NCBI RefSeq assembly: GCF_004010195.1
Contig: NC_057758.1
Span: 6,193,352 to 6,257,351, forward strand
Direction of reading: 5' to 3'
DNA length: 64,000 nucleotides
Source: Chiloscyllium plagiosum
Lineage: Eukaryota
Shown piece by piece: positions 1 to 13,019 of the stretch (position 1 is the first letter of the stretch; every line of letters starts with the position of its first letter). The position numbers and the translations under genes are program-made. The notes beneath the pieces are model-generated. The model saw only the letters and a program-made list of their open reading frames with translations. It made no database searches and was not told the DNA's origin.

Positions 1-799
1 ATTTTGCTACTTTATAAAGGTTATTTCGCCTTTTTTTCCACATTCGTCAAAAAGGCACAGGCTCTGGTTGTCTCGTCAGAAAATTACAAATCAGTAAGGC
101 AGCGTGAGCTAGCAGAGGGTGTGTCAGCTTTGATCGAACAACGCTGAAATTTGTTCACAAAAGACAAAATAACGTAGTTACAGATATTTCAAGGCAATGA
201 TTTGCAAGATCACTACTGAAACCTAATAGATATTCCAAACTGCGAAGGAGAAAGACGAAATCAAGCAGTTGCAACCTTACTTCAAAATATTGGAATGAGT
301 CAATAATCTTGGATTGTTTAGCCTTATAAAGGCACCTGCAGATCAGTTTGGATCAATGCTTGGAAGAACGTGCACGAGTGGAATCGTTCTCAAAGCGAAA
401 ATATCGGGGAGAAAATACAATGTTAAATTTATGTTCATTCGTCGAGAACATTTAGTCTGAACATATGACAGACTTATTGGAGTTCACAAGACGATGTTAC
501 ATTCAGGGAAATTACAATGAACACGCATTCTCAGGAAGTGAAATGAAAAGTGTCTTGTTCACAGACGTTTTGGTAAGATGCGACTTTGTGACTGTTGTTG
601 AGAACATGGCTTTGTGCCTGCTGGTCTGAAAACCAATCAGAAACATATGGGTGTAGATAAGTAGAACAGAAGACAGATGGTGAAAGGCATAATGTAGTGG
701 GATAATGGGTTACATTACATTATAAATTTTGCAGCACTCTGTGTCCTTGCTGAGTCCTTCACTCTCTTAAACGTACAGTACATCTCTGCACCTTCATAA

Positions 800-1530
800 T
801 ATGAGAAACAGGATTTACGATTATTTGGAAGATCACATCTTGATTAAAGATAGTCAGCAAGACTTTGTGAGAGACAGATCATGCTTCACAAGACTTACTG
901 AAATCTTTTGAGAATGTGACAAAACACTTTGATATAGGTGGAGCAGTGGATGTGGTGTACATGGATTTAAGCAAGGCGTTTGATAGGTTTCCCTGTTGTA
1001 GACTCATTAATAAAGTAAGGAGGTGTGGGATACAGGGAAATTTAGCTAACTGGATACGGATTTGGTTGGTCCATATTCGAAAGAGAGTGGCAGTTGATTG
1101 AAAGTATTCAGTCTGGAGCTCAGTGACCAGTGGTGATACGCAAGGATCGGGTCTGGGATCTCTTCTCTATGTGATTTTATTAATTTCATGTGTGAGGAAG
1201 TGGAAGGGTGAGTCAGTCAGTTTTCAAATGACACGAAGGTTGCAGATAGTGGGGTGGAGACCTGTTTCAGGTTACAACGGTACATTGACAGGATGCAGAG
1301 CTGGTCTGAGAAGTGGCAGATTGCGTTCAACCTGGAGAAGTGTGCATTGATGTTTTTTGGTAGATCTAAACTGAATGCAGAACACACGGTGAAAGATAGG
1401 ATTTTTGGCAGTGTGGAGGAATGGAGGAATATTTTGTCCTCAGCCACAGTACGCTCAACTCTTTTACCCAAGTTGACAGGGGTGTAAGAAGGCGTCGGGT
1501 GTGTTGGCTTTCATTGGCACTAGGAATGAG
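800..1530 (+). mobile_element. CR1/HER1-type LINE RT fragment (counterpart 35700-36436 on -)
   Basis: AVDVVYMDLSKAFDR, VTSGDTQGSGLG, LQRYIDRMQSWSEKWQIAFNLEKC. Confidence 0.9.
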
Positions 1531-1685
1531 TTTAAGTGGAGTGACGCCATGCTACATCGATAAATTGTTTCTATCCCTCTCCCAACCTGCCATTTCAGCT
1601 CTGTTTATGTCGTCAGAATTTTGCGGACGGGACGATCACTTCCGTACTCCAAATTGGTAGTACTGTGCAGGTGCGACATTCGCAG

Positions 1686-2666
1686 NNNNNNNNNNNNNNN
1701 NNNNNNNNNNNNNNNNNNNNNNNNNNNNNNNNNNNNNNNNNNNNNNNNNNNNNNNNNNNNNNNNNNNNNNNNNNNNNNNNNNNNNNNNNNNNNNNNNNNN
1801 NNNNNNNNNNNNNNNNNNNNNNNNNNNNNNNNNNNNNNNNNNNNNNNNNNNNNNNNNNNNNNNNNNNNNNNNNNNNNNNNNNNNNNNNNNNNNNNNNNNN
1901 NNNNNNNNNNNNNNNNNNNNNNNNNNNNNNNNNNNNNNNNNNNNNNNNNNNNNNNNNNNNNNNNNNNNNNNNNNNNNNNNNNNNNNNNNNNNNNNNNNNN
2001 NNNNNNNNNNNNNNNNNNNNNNNNNNNNNNNNNNNNNNNNNNNNNNNNNNNNNNNNNNNNNNNNNNNNNNNNNNNNNNNNNNNNNNNNNNNNNNNNNNNN
2101 NNNNNNNNNNNNNNNNNNNNNNNNNNNNNNNNNNNNNNNNNNNNNNNNNNNNNNNNNNNNNNNNNNNNNNNNNNNNNNNNNNNNNNNNNNNNNNNNNNNN
2201 NNNNNNNNNNNNNNNNNNNNNNNNNNNNNNNNNNNNNNNNNNNNNNNNNNNNNNNNNNNNNNNNNNNNNNNNNNNNNNNNNNNNNNNNNNNNNNNNNNNN
2301 NNNNNNNNNNNNNNNNNNNNNNNNNNNNNNNNNNNNNNNNNNNNNNNNNNNNNNNNNNNNNNNNNNNNNNNNNNNNNNNNNNNNNNNNNNNNNNNNNNNN
2401 NNNNNNNNNNNNNNNNNNNNNNNNNNNNNNNNNNNNNNNNNNNNNNNNNNNNNNNNNNNNNNNNNNNNNNNNNNNNNNNNNNNNNNNNNNNNNNNNNNNN
2501 NNNNNNNNNNNNNNNNNNNNNNNNNNNNNNNNNNNNNNNNNNNNNNNNNNNNNNNNNNNNNNNNNNNNNNNNNNNNNNNNNNNNNNNNNNNNNNNNNNNN
2601 NNNNNNNNNNNNNNNNNNNNNNNNNNNNNNNNNNNNNNNNNNNNNNNNNNNNNNNNNNNNNNNNNN
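1686..2666. other. Assembly gap. Others: 7705-8502, 10717-11217, 17375-17901, 49982-50026, 55645-55657, 57443-58415, 61978-62477
   Basis: Runs of N; ORF-track entries spanning them are artefacts. Confidence 1.
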
Positions 2667-3340
2667 CAAACAAAATATTGCACCGAAAGAACTGCAATCA
2701 TTCTGGTAATTATGATCACGATTGTGATCGTAATGAAAGAACTTCCCGTTTTGTTTGCTTATGAACCTGAGAAAATTATTAACAACGTGCAATGGGGCTG
2801 CTGGTCAAGTGCAGCATCCTTTTTGTCATCTTCTGCAGGTGTAGGTTATGTCTGGTTTTACAGCGCCTGTGTCATTTGGATTCCCTTCACTTTGATTACC
2901 TTATGCAATAAATTAACTGTCCAACGCATTGCACTGGCGAATAGAACCCGCACTGAACTCCGCAGCTCCAAGAGTGGAAATCCGTGTGACTCAAAATGGA
3001 GAACCGCAGAAAATCCATCATTTTATTACTCTCAGTATCAGTAAGTTTTCTCTTGCTCTGGTTGACAAATGCCGTGAGTTTAGGTGTTACAAAAGTAACA
3101 AATACGGTTTATTACAAAGGCAAGTTCACAAATCCTGAATTTATCGCCAGTGAAGTGGGAGACATCTTGAAGTTTTTTACTTGCTTACTGAATCCTTGTA
3201 TTTATGCAGCGACCCAGAACAAATTCAGAGCAGAGCTTAAAAATATGGTAAAATCTCCGTGGGTATTAATCCAAATAAATTTGGACAGAGGTCTAGAAAA
3301 TAAATTTCGTCGAGAAATGGTTCTGCCCTCACTGTTTTAG
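2667..3340 (+). pseudogene. GPR139/GPR142-like GPCR pseudogene (copy 1), 3' part of exon 2. The 5' part falls in gap 1686-2666. 1-nt deletion frameshift near 2995
   Basis: QTKYCTERTAIILVIM...WFYSACVIWIPFTLI...NPCDS, then a shift to MENRRKSIILLLSVS...LNPCIYAATQNKFR. gactcaaaatggagaac here vs gactcagaattggagaac in copy 2. AATAAA at 3527-3532. Confidence 0.85.
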
Positions 3341-3719
3341 TTTCAGGTCTTTCTCCATCATAAATTTGCCTTGTTTCTGATAAAATGTACCATAATTCAT
3401 TTCTACATTCACATATCTTGAACATTCCAGAGCACATTCGGTATGTATGTTGTTTTATTTTTGCCTAATTATTTGTTCAGAGCACACAACCCATTCCAGT
3501 CGGTACAGCACATCCTGTTGTCAAAAAATAAAGATAATATGTTTAAGAATTTAAGCATCCATATGAAAAACAGATGGTTCCATTTCAGCCACTAAATTCG
3601 AAGAAGTCTATTTGAAAACATCAAACAAATTCATTTAACCTGAAACGCATTACGGCATGATCACATGTCTTGACAATTCTCGCGGACACTGTATCAGAAT
3701 ATTCTATTGCATGGACACA

Positions 3720-4345
3720 TTATGGGAGAGATGTCGTCCATGGAGAAATTAGACAGGACTCTTCAGACAACGGATGTCATGTGGAGGAAACTGGACACTC
3801 TCACCAATGCTAATTTGTACAACAGTATATTTTGTTGCATTATCAATTTAAAATTAATTGAGAAAATCAAGATGTCTGGCAAAATTCCGAAGAGAGGCAT
3901 CGGCGTCAAGAGGCCTATCTGGATAGCGGGGGTGGGAGTTGTTGAGAGCAGTGGAGTGAGGAATGCAGTCAATGCAATGGGGGCTATCCGTGTGATGGGA
4001 TGCAGACGGTGTATGAAAAATAGGACGACTTCTGGGATTATGGGAACGTTCCATTGTTCTCAAACACTCTCCTCCAACTCCTCAAATGGTCCCAAACAAC
4101 CCAGAATATCTTGCCCTCACCACGTATCTCTGCCTTCCACAAGGACCATTTTCTTTGCAAATCCTTGGTACGTGCCACACTCCTTCCATCTCTCCTCCAC
4201 CTGCACCTTTCCGTGTCTCTGCAAAAGATGCAACAGCTGTCATTAAAGCATTTCCCTCAACTCCATCCAAAGTGCGAGGCAGGTGAGATACATGTTCACC
4301 TATATTTCCTCCAACATTGTCTACTGAATCTGATCGTTCCTGCTT
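3720..4345. mobile_element. Old Penelope relic with inverted 5' part (counterpart about 30770-31390)
   Basis: SPRISAFHKDHFLCKSLVRATL and TFPCLCKRCNSC resemble the Penelope linker/GIY-YIG region on +; the upstream part resembles RT on -. Confidence 0.6.
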
Positions 4346-5554
4346 TTTTTTCATGAACCAGTCTGTTTGACACCGATAATCAGGTTTTACCTGGAGACCC
4401 ATGGAAGCAGCTCACCTTGTTCCCTGCCATTTCTCTTCTAAAGACCTGTGTTTAATTTTGCCCTTCATTGCCAATGGAGTGTTTACTGGGATTATGCACG
4501 TTTATATTTCGAACACCATCATTAATTTGCAATATGGTTAAACGGTTTGTCAGATAGGTTATGTTATTCCATATCGTGTCCACTTTTGTTCATGGTTTTT
4601 TTCGGTTTTCGGTGAATAAATTCTGTTTCGTTTAAAACTGTTCCAAGATATAAACATTCTGTGAACAGATCACTTGGCAAATAAAGGAAAATTAAAGCAC
4701 AGATTGTGACGTGCAATACTCCAATCCAGAATGGGAAGAAAAATCTGATCAAAATGTAGTCAAAAAGCTGTTAAGAGATGTTCACTGAAGGTTTCAAATG
4801 TTTGAAACTCCATCAGCGTCTGAATAAATCTAGACTGAAAAAGCAGGAAGAAACTAGAACGTTTCCTCTGTGACACAACTCAGGTTGTTCTATTTTTGCC
4901 AAGATTAAAAAATAAGGTCAAAGCTTCGGAAGCTGATTGCTCGAGTGGTCTTCAGTAGCCAGGTCAGAAAATCTCATTCAACCCCTCTTTGAAAAGACAT
5001 CAGGGCAAAAGGAATTCTTCTAGCGACTGCATCGGCGCAATGAGTACTACAAGTGGCTGACGATGGCTATTTTGTGGGATCCGGACATGAGATGATGATG
5101 ATGCCTGGTGTGTGGGGTTGGCGAAAATCATAGCGGCAGGTGCTCGATCTCAATGATTGTTGAGCTTGATATAAAGCGTCAGTATTCCCATTCGGTAAAA
5201 GATGTACTGATTTTCCATATTGCACTGATTTTCACTGCAACAAGCCTGAGACACGAACGATCGCCCGAAAATTCGATGGTATGTTGAAATAAAGGGCAGA
5301 ATGTTCATGTCTCTAGACAGAAGCTAGTTGTACACAACACAGTAACATGGTCTGCGTTTCAGTTCCCCAGTGTGCAGTGCAGGAATTGCAATCAGTGAAG
5401 ACAGAAGGCTCGATTGCCTGAAGGCAAGATACAACCTTGTCTGGAACAAAGGAAAGTCAGGAGTGACAGAGTAAACAGACTGGAGTTAAACATTCTACAA
5501 TTGCACAGATATGTGCAATGAGACTGCAGAGTCGATTTGGAGAGAAGAAGGAGT

Positions 5555-6142
5555 TGTTATGGACAAGGCCAGACCACCTCAAAAATATGTTAAGTAGGTA
5601 ACCTCGACCCAAATTTTTCATATTTTATAGGCAGATGCGAAGTGGATATTCCAGGTGTGGTTCAGCTGGTCAAACCACTCGGCTTTAAGCAAAACAGAAT
5701 CTATTTAAACACAACTGTAGAAACACATCCAAAAGAACAAGGAAGTTAGATAAACTTAGGTATTGGAAATCTCAACTGGCCCGGTACAGCAACTGAGCCA
5801 AGGAAGTTTTACAATTCAAGAATTATCCCAGAAACAGAACTATTGGCTAAAATGTAAATTCGAAAACAAATTCTTATTGGCAGGAAGGAACAACGTTCAA
5901 AAATATTTCAGAGAAAACATCAGTCAGGAAAAATTTTCTGGAGTCGACAACCCATCCTGGAACCCAATATTTTGTGACCTATCCAGCTAAACCATACTAG
6001 AAACAACCTGTACTGAGAAAATCAGCCACTCCTCTGGCATTTCAAAGCTGGGCTCGTCTTGGACCCGTCGATACCTCTGTATATACGACCTCTCATTAAC
6101 AAAAATAGGACATTATCTTGTTAAAATGACAGTATCGTCACA
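5555..6142 (-). mobile_element. Solo LTR (Gypsy-like), about 588 bp
   Basis: TG...CA termini with short inverted ends (tgttatgg...tcgtcaca); near-perfect 4-bp TSD gagt/gatt. Strand is tentative. Confidence 0.65.
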
Positions 6143-8654
6143 GATTACACCAGGGAACCTGAGCTTGAATGCTCCTTAAGGAAGTCTGACACGGGACCAG
6201 AGGGGAACATATAACTAGTTGTGGCAAACTGATCGAGTGATACAAACGGCTGATAATGGTCCTTTAAATGCTGATGCTGGTGATATCGGATAAGGTGACC
6301 ACTATTGCAGTTGTAAGGGGGAAACAGAATGGCTGCAGCAGAAAGCTGGGAGACGGCTCAAGGCCCTGGCAGCTACTTTTACAGCTATAAGCAGGAAGTT
6401 ATAGTCTGCTCATCTGTTTCATGGAACAATTCTGCCAAACACATTACGACGAATTATTTAAAAGACGGCATTTACTCGATATAGGTGTCACTGCCTGCAC
6501 TAGCATTTGTTGGTACAATTGACAGAGACCAGTAAAGTGTTAAACACAGTGCCTTGTGTCTGCATCACATGTAAAACAGACAAAGTAAGGAAGGCTGTTT
6601 CTCCAAAGGTCATTCGACAACTCACAGCTTTTTTCAACAATGATCCTTAATTCAGGATTCGAACCTCCTCCTCTATCCCGCCCTACCTTTCCCTCATTCA
6701 GTTCAAATTCCCTAATCAGAATTGTGCTGAAGAAGGGTCACTGCATTGACAACGTTAATATATCTCCACAGATGTTTTCAAGTCTGTTGAATTTCTGTAG
6801 CATTTTCCATTTTGCTGTGTTACAGTGAAATCATTCATCTTTGTGCTGGCCTCGCACTCGTGCAAATTGTGCTCCAAGTCTTTTTTTTTATTCATACTGT
6901 TCAGAAATATGTCAATTGCATTGACAAAATTAGTGGGGATACAGTAAGTGAAGTAACTCCCACGGGCAACAATTTTCCAAGGAATGCATTGCTGTTCAGG
7001 TTGTTACAGTTTTCATATTTTCTAAGTTAACTTCATTTATATTGCGATCATTACCGCTCGTGTTTGATCTGTCTAGTTTCAATTTTCATTCTCCCTTGCC
7101 AGCATCCTCGTGGCTCAAATAGTAACGTAGAAGTTCTTTCCTTTGAGGTTCTGTTTTGTAATTGGCCGCGTTCATTGACATTGAGGTCCATGTGCAGTAT
7201 GCTGAACTGAGAAGCTGGCTCACGAAAAGGTCAGTTAGATTTGCATAAAAATACTTAACTCATGACTGGGTAAATGACTGGAAAGACTGAAAGAATGGTA
7301 TATGGGAGAGTGTTAGATATCCAAGACCCGGATTTCGGAAATTAGTTCATTCAATTTCACAACCCCTCTGGTTATGTGATATAACACAATTTCTCTCAGG
7401 TCTGGGTCATAATTCTGATTCTCCACCGCATTCGAACGCCAACGCTGCATTTCTCATGATTATGCTTCGCATTAAAATAAAACACATCAGACACATTTTA
7501 ATCAGCAGCCACTCCTTCAGGAGTCTCCGGTATCTACGCAAGGGGGAGAGTGAGAGAGAAACTGAAATGTAATTCCAAGAAAGAAAACATCACCATAACC
7601 TTTCTGTTTCTGATCTCTTCCACGATTAACCTGTCATTGTCAATATTATTTATGATACTGGATGCATATTTTGGGTTTTCAGTCAATGCATCTAATTTAC
7701 ATTGNNNNNNNNNNNNNNNNNNNNNNNNNNNNNNNNNNNNNNNNNNNNNNNNNNNNNNNNNNNNNNNNNNNNNNNNNNNNNNNNNNNNNNNNNNNNNNNN
7801 NNNNNNNNNNNNNNNNNNNNNNNNNNNNNNNNNNNNNNNNNNNNNNNNNNNNNNNNNNNNNNNNNNNNNNNNNNNNNNNNNNNNNNNNNNNNNNNNNNNN
7901 NNNNNNNNNNNNNNNNNNNNNNNNNNNNNNNNNNNNNNNNNNNNNNNNNNNNNNNNNNNNNNNNNNNNNNNNNNNNNNNNNNNNNNNNNNNNNNNNNNNN
8001 NNNNNNNNNNNNNNNNNNNNNNNNNNNNNNNNNNNNNNNNNNNNNNNNNNNNNNNNNNNNNNNNNNNNNNNNNNNNNNNNNNNNNNNNNNNNNNNNNNNN
8101 NNNNNNNNNNNNNNNNNNNNNNNNNNNNNNNNNNNNNNNNNNNNNNNNNNNNNNNNNNNNNNNNNNNNNNNNNNNNNNNNNNNNNNNNNNNNNNNNNNNN
8201 NNNNNNNNNNNNNNNNNNNNNNNNNNNNNNNNNNNNNNNNNNNNNNNNNNNNNNNNNNNNNNNNNNNNNNNNNNNNNNNNNNNNNNNNNNNNNNNNNNNN
8301 NNNNNNNNNNNNNNNNNNNNNNNNNNNNNNNNNNNNNNNNNNNNNNNNNNNNNNNNNNNNNNNNNNNNNNNNNNNNNNNNNNNNNNNNNNNNNNNNNNNN
8401 NNNNNNNNNNNNNNNNNNNNNNNNNNNNNNNNNNNNNNNNNNNNNNNNNNNNNNNNNNNNNNNNNNNNNNNNNNNNNNNNNNNNNNNNNNNNNNNNNNNN
8501 NNTATCTTTCCTCGAGCCATTTGTCGCTCTTCGACCTTTTCCTCCCTCTTTCTCCATAGTTGTTCTCTCACTCTGTCTCCCTCTATCTCTCCACCGCTCT
8601 CTTTCCCTTTCTCTCCTCCTCTTTTGCACTTCTGTCTGTCTCGCCATTATTACG

Positions 8655-10340
8655 AAAGAACAAAGAAGAGCACAGCACAGGAACAGGCCTTGCGGCCATT
8701 CAGTCATGAGCCGCCACATTTTGTCCTTCCATTTTAAAGCTGTGTTCACTTACAGGACCCATACCACTCAATTCCCTTCCGACTCATGTATTCGTCCATT
8801 GATGCCTGAATACAACCATTGTGTCTGCTTCAACTATCTTGTCTAAGTGTACTTCGAGGGACTCACCAACACGAGTTTCAAAAACTTTATTCGCACATCT
8901 CATTTAAAATTCACCACCACCCACCCACATACCTTGAACTCATGGACCCCTCCACCCACAGATAAAGCGTCATAAGTTGCATATCCATCTCATTAACAAT
9001 CCTATAACTTCTCACAGATCGCTCATCAAACTCCAGCATTCTCGTGAAAATCGTCCAGAACTTCATTAATCTGAGTATCGTCTGCAAACTTATTAACTGG
9101 ACCAGCCACGTTTTCCTCTGAATGATTAATGCACATCACAAATAGCAGAGATCCCAGCACTGAACCCTGTATAACACAGCGAGAGACAACCCTCCATTCT
9201 GAGAAGCGTCCATTAACCCTTATCATCTGCCTCATATGACTTCGCCAGATCTGTATCCATCTTGCCAGATCTCCCCTAACACTTTGTAAATTTATCTTTT
9301 ATACCAGCCTACCATGGAGAAATTGTCGAATGCTTTAATAAATTCCATGTAGATAACATCAATCACTTTGCCCTCATCAATCATCTTCATTCCCCCGGCA
9401 AAAAAAACTCGATCAAGTTAGTGAGGAAGGACCACGCCTGCAATAAACCATGCTATTTATGGCTAATAAGACCTTTTATTGTAAAGGTGCATAGATCTTG
9501 TTCCTGGGAATCCTTTGCAATAATTTCCCGACCACTGATGCGACACGCACAGGTCTGCAATTTCCAGGATTATCCCAGTGATCCTACTTAAATAATGGGA
9601 CAACATTGGCTATTTTACAGTCCTCTGGGACCTCGTCTTCGGCCAAAGTGGATACAAAGATGTCTATCAGTACTCCAGCAATTTGTTATTTTGCCTCCAT
9701 AAATATTCTTGAAAAGATCCCATCAAGAGCGGGGGATTAATCTATCCATAACATTTTTGAAGAAGCTCAAAATCTTTTCCTTTTTATAGCAACTTTGCTA
9801 AGAAATTTGTCACTCTGTTACCTGAGATCATTCTCTACCAGTTTCTTCGTTTTAGTGAATACTGACACAAGATATACATTTCGGGGCTCACTTACCTTTT
9901 AGAATCAGATAATCTCTACATCACGGAAAAAGGTCCTTCAGCCCATCAGGACTACATCGACACGCCAGAGTACATCGCACACAACGCATTCTTCCTATAC
10001 ATCCCTGAACACTGTGGGCAAATTAGTATGGCCAATTCACCGAAAATACACATCTTCAGATTGTGGGAGGAACCTGGAGCAGACCCGTGGAAAATGTGCA
10101 AACTTCACACACATGTTACCAGAGGTATTAATCAAACCCAGGTCCCTGGCACTGTGAGCCTGCAATGCGAACCACTCAGCCATGGTGCCTCCCTGAGCTC
10201 GACACCTGGATTCGCTCCTTTGTCCTTGACAGGGTTACCGTTTTTCCTGGTTGTCATCTTTCATTTTGTAAATATATGATAAATACATTTATGAAAACCA
10301 TCAGCAATCTCTTTCGTTCTGCTTGCTAATCATTTCTCAT
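8655..10340 (-). mobile_element. CR1 LINE 3' fragment interrupted by a SINE at about 9900-10195 (counterpart 24740-26430 on +, SINE about 24888-25180)
   Basis: QGSVLGSLLFVMCIN..NKFADDTQI; CR1 3' UTR-like end near 8655. Confidence 0.85.
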
Positions 10341-12704
10341 CACCTCTGATTCTCTCAGGAAAGTGCCGCTCCCGAATTTTTAGCAAATGCCAGTTGAAAT
10401 ACTCACAAGTGTCACGTGTTGATTTCCCCTCAGCACGCGGCTTCAAATTTTTTTTTTCCACTTGCTGTCGTATATTTTTTAGTTCACCTTTCCCCAATTT
10501 CACACCGTCACCTGAGGACTGCTGTGATCCCCATCTGTGTGCATCTTATGACTCACGTTGTCTCAAAAAAATAATAATACTGAATGGCCTGGACAAAGTG
10601 GTTGCTGGAAAGATGTTACCAGTGGTAGGAGAGACGAGGGACCCATGTTAACAGCATCAGAGAAAATGGAAGATGTTTTTGAAGGAGATATGGATATATT
10701 TCCTCAGCCAGAGAGGNNNNNNNNNNNNNNNNNNNNNNNNNNNNNNNNNNNNNNNNNNNNNNNNNNNNNNNNNNNNNNNNNNNNNNNNNNNNNNNNNNNN
10801 NNNNNNNNNNNNNNNNNNNNNNNNNNNNNNNNNNNNNNNNNNNNNNNNNNNNNNNNNNNNNNNNNNNNNNNNNNNNNNNNNNNNNNNNNNNNNNNNNNNN
10901 NNNNNNNNNNNNNNNNNNNNNNNNNNNNNNNNNNNNNNNNNNNNNNNNNNNNNNNNNNNNNNNNNNNNNNNNNNNNNNNNNNNNNNNNNNNNNNNNNNNN
11001 NNNNNNNNNNNNNNNNNNNNNNNNNNNNNNNNNNNNNNNNNNNNNNNNNNNNNNNNNNNNNNNNNNNNNNNNNNNNNNNNNNNNNNNNNNNNNNNNNNNN
11101 NNNNNNNNNNNNNNNNNNNNNNNNNNNNNNNNNNNNNNNNNNNNNNNNNNNNNNNNNNNNNNNNNNNNNNNNNNNNNNNNNNNNNNNNNNNNNNNNNNNN
11201 NNNNNNNNNNNNNNNNACACACACACACACACATATATTTCTATATTCACAAATATATCTTCATAACTACATTCACACACACCACTTACCCATGAACTGA
11301 TTCTCCAGTAATATCAGTGTATAAAATAAGTAGTCTCTGTGGAGAGTGACTGTCATGCCTCCATGCCGTCCAAGCTCTTCCTTCAGGCGAATAAGCTAGG
11401 GATTTCCAATAGCCTGACGGTCATGGTACCAACTGAGATAGGAGCTTACCGTGGCATGCTCATGAATCCCCACTTGGACGAGACAGTGAAGGGATCATCC
11501 GAGAACTTGAATGCTCCTTTCGGACCCTTGCAAATCTCCATTTAAATCGGAGGCTCGCTCTAAGGAAGTGATCAATTGATTTTCCTCAGGAAATGGATAA
11601 CAGAACTGTGCACAGTGTTCTGGTGTGTATGCAACTGAAGCATGAGGAGGTGGGATTCGGCAAAATGCGAAGCCTGAAAAGGACAAAAGGTCAGACAGCA
11701 TCACATGATTTGGAAAGTCAACGCTTCAGGTCGAAAGCGTTTCCAAATGAACGTCGATGTTCCTGCTTCTCAGATTGTGTCTGACTTGTTCTTTTCCATA
11801 TCCAAATGTTCCTGACTCTAACGTCCAGCAGCTGAAGTTCTCACTGATTCCACGGTATGGAGATTGGAACTGTATACAGTGCAACCAGTGTCGTCGAACC
11901 GGTGGTAGAGCTAATGTGGTCTGAAGAAAAGGGAGCTGGAGACTGTGCACTACGTTCCCAGTGTGGGGTATAACTAAATGATAGGAAGATCGGGTCAGTG
12001 CACGGGGCTCTCAGTGTGGTCTGGGAGATACAGACCTGGGAATGATGTACGTTGCTCCCAGCGTGGTCTGAGTGATAGGTAGATAGGGACCGTGACAGGG
12101 CTCCCAACATGGGACTAACCAAAGAATAGAAGGAGGGGAATTGTGCACCATATTCCTAGTGTATTCCAGTTGAAGCAGTTAGATCATAGGACTGTGCGTC
12201 TTAGTGTATATGAGCCATAAGATATGGGAATGATGAAATGCATAATGCAGATGATTAAATGGGGATGCTGAATTAAAAAAAAACACGAAGTGGAAATGGA
12301 TAGATGGCCATTAGTCTCATGCACCGCCGCTGAGTACCACAAACCAATGACCTATCACACTGCATTTCAGCGTCTGCAATTGGATGCCAGAGGGCCAGAG
12401 GGTTGTATTGTTTGTTTGGCTATGATCCGGAGAAGCAGTCTCTGTCTCTGATTTATGGCTGCTGCATCTGCGTGCGCAATGTTTGAGATGGTGGGAAGGA
12501 CACCGAGGAAGGAAACACGACCTCGAAATAAGCCGTGTGAGAGTGTACATTCGCCAGACCCATCAAATACTGTAACTTCAGCGAGTCAAATAATGGAGAG
12601 TTTTCAGAAATAAAATCATAATATTGGCACTCACTTGAGGTCTTTCTCTTCTTGACGCACAGCAGGACATTGGCTGGGGCATTGCGACCGGACTGAACGT
12701 ATGC

Positions 12705-13010
12705 TGACACTGTCAGATGGTCAGTGCTTTGGCAGCGGACACTGTCGGAGCGTCAGTGCTGAGAGATTGGCACTGTGCAAGTAAAGCGCTGAGGGAGTGG
12801 GACATGTTGGAGGATCAGTGCTGAGGGTGTGTGCACGTCATAGTGTCAGTTCTGAAGAAGTGGGCACTGTCTGGAGGTCAGGTCTGGCGAGTGGGCACTG
12901 TCAGCATGTCAGGGCTGAACGATTGGCACTGTTGGTGGGTCAGTGTTGAGAAGGTCGGCAGTCTCAGTGGGTCAGTGCTGAGGGAGTGGGCACTGGTCGA
13001 AGGCCGGCAT
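12705..13010. repeat. Degenerate minisatellite of about 32 bp (gcactgtcggagggtcagtgctgagggagtgg)
   Basis: About 9-10 diverged tandem units are visible. Confidence 0.85.
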
Positions 13011-13019
13011 TAAGGAATT

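Larger units (their letters stand above)
1..10716 (+). repeat. Left arm of large inverted segmental duplication
   Basis: Reverse-complement matches: 1-710 to 35480-34431; 711-1685 to 36524-35551; 2667-7704 to about 32430-27322; 8503-10716 to about 26575-24365. Confidence 0.95.

Noticed and set aside
1605..2792. Long ORFs rich in X here and at the other gaps
   Set aside because: Artefacts of translating N runs.
3707..4402. Overlapping 100-179 aa ORFs downstream of the GPCR
   Set aside because: Decayed Penelope sequence; frames differ between the two duplicated arms.
12705..13010. Regularly spaced repeats that could be taken for a CRISPR array
   Set aside because: Contiguous degenerate tandem units with no unique spacers, vertebrate context, no cas genes.
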